From NCBI GenBank assembly GCA_017995595.1, contig JAGOIO010000001.1:1-26773 (forward strand): 26,773 nucleotides of DNA, read 5' to 3'. A model generated the notes under the pieces. The model had not been told where the DNA came from. It did no database searches and worked only from the letters and a program-made list of their open reading frames with translations. Below, piece by piece: positions 24,388 through 26,773 of the stretch; the stretch's first letter is position 1; the number at the start of each line of letters is the position of its first letter. A program made the translations under genes and the position numbers. This DNA is from a bacterium. Its GTDB lineage: Bacteria; Cyanobacteriota; Vampirovibrionia; Gastranaerophilales; Gastranaerophilaceae.

Positions 24388-25710
24388 ATGAATTTTAAAA
24401 TTTACATTAATTATTTAAGAGAGGTTCTAACACTTTCTTTCCCAATGATGATGGGGAATTTGGGTGCTATGCTTATTGGTGCTGGTTCAGTACTCGTTGC
24501 GGCAAAGTATTCAACCGATACACTTGCGGCAATTAGTATTGCTAATTCTGTTATCAGTTGTATTGTAATTTTTGGAATAGGAATGTTAGCTGCGGTTTCT
24601 CCTGTACTTGCAAACAGGAGAGGTGAGAAAAAAAGTATTAAAAAATATTTTGTTCCTACCGTTGAATTTTCATTAGTTTTAGCATTTTTTGCAATGATAG
24701 TAATTCTTTTGAGCATTCCTTGCCTTGAACATGTCGGATTTGACCCTAAAATTATGCCGATGATAAAGCAGTTCATGTTCATTTCAGCATTTTCAACTTT
24801 CGGTGTATTTTTACAAATTGCTTTAAAAGAGTATTTACAAGCTTTTGAAATAGTTATGTTTCCAAATATGCTTGCTTTCGTAAGTGTTTTCCTTAATTTA
24901 ATATTAAATTTTGCACTTGTTTTCGGGTGGGGAGGTTTACCTGCACTCGGAGTTAAAGGTCTTGCTATTGCGGACTTAATTATGAGATATTTTATGGGAA
25001 TTACAATGCTGGTTTATTGCATGGTATTTATAAATATACATAATTATCATGAGAATAAATATTTTGTAAGCTTGCTTAAAATAGGTTTGCCTATTTCTTT
25101 TGCTATATTACTTGAATTTCTTGCATTTAATCTCGGAACAATTATTATGGGACATGTTGCAGGAGTTTACGCAGCCTGTCAGAATATTTTAGTTACAATA
25201 ACTTCTATTACATTTATGATTCCGATGGCTATATCAAATGCTTTATCAGTTAAAGTCGGATTTGCAAACGGTGCAAAGAATTTTACAGATTTAATCAGAT
25301 ATTCTATAGTTGGAATTTTTGCATCTCTCTTATTTATGGGATTTTGCTCAATCCTTTTATGGAGCATGCCTAATCTTTGCATTAAAATCTTCAGTTCTGA
25401 TACCAGTGTCCTAAAAATATGTGTACCAATCTTAATTGTCATTGGGTTTTATCAAATATTTGACGGATTACAAGTTTCTTTGGGCGGAATATTTAAAGGA
25501 CTGAAAAAAACTAAATCTATAATGGTTGCAGACTTAGTTGCTTATTGGGTTGTTGGACTTCCGATAGGATTTATTCTTGCCTTCAAATATCACATGAATT
25601 TATACGGACTTTGGGTTGGACTTGCAATTTCAATTTTCACACTTAGCTTGTTCTTGTTAATTTTCCTTTTCAGAGCCTTGAAGAAAATAAATCCAAATAT
25701 TAACAATTGA
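24388..25710 (+). CDS. MATE family efflux transporter (NorM-like)
   Basis: About 12 hydrophobic segments; LSFPMMMG, LNLILNFALVFGWGGLPALGVKGLAIA, GLPISFAILLE, YQIFDGLQVSLGGIFKG. Confidence 0.95.
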   Translation: MNFKIYINYLREVLTLSFPMMMGNLGAMLIGAGSVLVAAKYSTDTLAAISIANSVISCIVIFGIGMLAAVSPVLANRRGEKKSIKKYFVPTVEFSLVLAFFAMIVILLSIPCLEHVGFDPKIMPMIKQFMFISAFSTFGVFLQIALKEYLQAFEIVMFPNMLAFVSVFLNLILNFALVFGWGGLPALGVKGLAIADLIMRYFMGITMLVYCMVFINIHNYHENKYFVSLLKIGLPISFAILLEFLAFNLGTIIMGHVAGVYAACQNILVTITSITFMIPMAISNALSVKVGFANGAKNFTDLIRYSIVGIFASLLFMGFCSILLWSMPNLCIKIFSSDTSVLKICVPILIVIGFYQIFDGLQVSLGGIFKGLKKTKSIMVADLVAYWVVGLPIGFILAFKYHMNLYGLWVGLAISIFTLSLFLLIFLFRALKKINPNINN

Positions 25711-25746
25711 AAAAAGTATCTCCTTGTTTGATATATAATAAATTTT

Positions 25747-26505
25747 ATGAATAATAACAATGATGAAAAAATTTGTAATGAAATAATTTATGGTAAAAAT
25801 TCAGTTACCGAAGCTTTGATATCAGGTAATAGAGAAATAAACAAGATTTTAATATCAAAAACCATTCACACTGACGTAAAAATAAATAAAATAAAAGAAC
25901 TTGCAAGTGAGAAAGGAATTATTTTTCAATTTGTAGGAAGAGAAAAGTTCAAGGATTACGAAGAGTTTAACCACCAAGGAATTATTGCACAGATTTCACC
26001 TATAAAATATACAGACTTAGATGACTTTTTAGAAAAGCCACATACAAACGATTCCATTGTTATTTTAGATGGAATAGAAGATTCACATAATCTTGGTGCA
26101 ATAATAAGAACTTGTGTTTGTGCAGGAGTTGGTGCGGTAATGATACCGGCAAGAAGAAATGTTCAAATAAATTCTGTTGTGGAAAAAACCAGTGCAGGTG
26201 CAATAAATCATATTCCGATAATAAAAGTCAATAGTCTTGTTAGTGCTATTCAAAAAATGAAAAATGCGGACTGGTGGGTAATTGCAACTGATGCTTCAGC
26301 AAAAGATAATTATTATAATGTAAAATACAATGACATGAATTTTGCACTAATAATGGGAGCTGAGCATGCCGGAGTTTCTAAATCTTTACTAAAACAGTCT
26401 GATTTTATCGTAAAAATTCCAATGCAAAACGATTTTAATTCGCTTAATGTTTCTGCAGCATGTAGTGCAATAATCTTTGAATCAGTGCGTCAAAGAATGT
26501 CATAA
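25747..26505 (+). CDS. rlmB: 23S rRNA (Gm2251) 2'-O-methyltransferase, TrmH/SpoU family
   Basis: IYGKNSVTEAL, NHQGIIA, ILDGIEDSHNLGAIIRT, KTSAGA, MGAEHAGVS, IPMQNDFNSLNVSAA. Confidence 0.95.
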   Translation: MNNNNDEKICNEIIYGKNSVTEALISGNREINKILISKTIHTDVKINKIKELASEKGIIFQFVGREKFKDYEEFNHQGIIAQISPIKYTDLDDFLEKPHTNDSIVILDGIEDSHNLGAIIRTCVCAGVGAVMIPARRNVQINSVVEKTSAGAINHIPIIKVNSLVSAIQKMKNADWWVIATDASAKDNYYNVKYNDMNFALIMGAEHAGVSKSLLKQSDFIVKIPMQNDFNSLNVSAACSAIIFESVRQRMS

Positions 26506-26576
26506 ATTTATAACTTGAAATGCTATAGGTTTAAAAATTGTAATTTTATGGCATATAATAATCAAAGGTATATTTT

Positions 26577-26773
26577 ATGGAAAAAAGCGACGAAAAAATT
26601 TTTAAAACAAAAACCGCAAAAATTGAAGATGACACAGATACGGATATCACTATTGAGGATTTAGATGATGTAGTTGACGAAGACGATGATACATTATCTG
26701 TTCACAACAAAAAAACGGTTGAAGAGAACATATATTCTGACGATTCAATCAGAATATATTTGCAACAAATCGG
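26577..26773 (+). CDS. rpoD: Primary sigma-70 factor, N-terminal part (truncated by window)
   Basis: Manual translation MEKSDEK...acidic DDTDTDITIEDLDDVVDEDDD...YSDDSIRIYLQQIG matches sigma70 region 1.2. Confidence 0.85.
   Translation, partial: MEKSDEKIFKTKTAKIEDDTDTDITIEDLDDVVDEDDDTLSVHNKKTVEENIYSDDSIRIYLQQI

Noticed and set aside
7981-25442. Remaining short alternative-frame ORFs (e.g. 7981-8373, 9524-9748, 11835-12038, 13360-13698, 15385-15588, 21282-22193, 23898-24149, 24411-24782, 25179-25442)
   Set aside because: They overlap well-supported genes; the Leu-rich ones at 21550-22193 and 23898-24149 are mirror products of Gln/Ala/Pro repeats on the other strand.
1-26773. CRISPR array, tRNA/rRNA, prophage, IS or integrase
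   Set aside because: No regularly spaced repeats, cloverleaf-like GC-rich segments or recombinase/transposase motifs were seen; intergenic gaps are short.

Overview
AT-rich bacterial chromosomal window. Its likely source is a non-photosynthetic cyanobacterial relative (Melainabacteria/Gastranaerophilales-like). This is an inference from a cyanobacterial-type SigA region 1.2 and a Tic20-like gene occurring together with the anaerobe-type hcp. Housekeeping genes (dusB, hcp, mrnC, rsfS, rpiB, MATE, rlmB, partial rpoD, partial Kv-type K+ channel) are interleaved with envelope genes (three TPR-containing proteins, GT-B/GT9-like, GT8, GT2 and GT11 glycosyltransferases, Spy/CpxP-like, two Hsp20-fold proteins) and with orphan accessory genes. 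The best candidate for new biology is the 1935-aa ORF (908-6715). It carries a papain-type catalytic set (Q226, C232, H936, N957-S-W-G), but the Cys and His halves are about 700 residues apart, split by a large predicted-helical insertion. Two further signal-less orphans are a glycine-zipper, Q/Y-rich putative pore former (605 aa) and a Pro/Ala-rich HEAT-like protein. All three genes share an upstream 10-bp-period tandem motif resembling the cyanobacterial HLR1/RpaB box, suggesting a co-regulated, possibly secreted effector set. No CRISPR, tRNA, rRNA, transposase or integrase was recognised.
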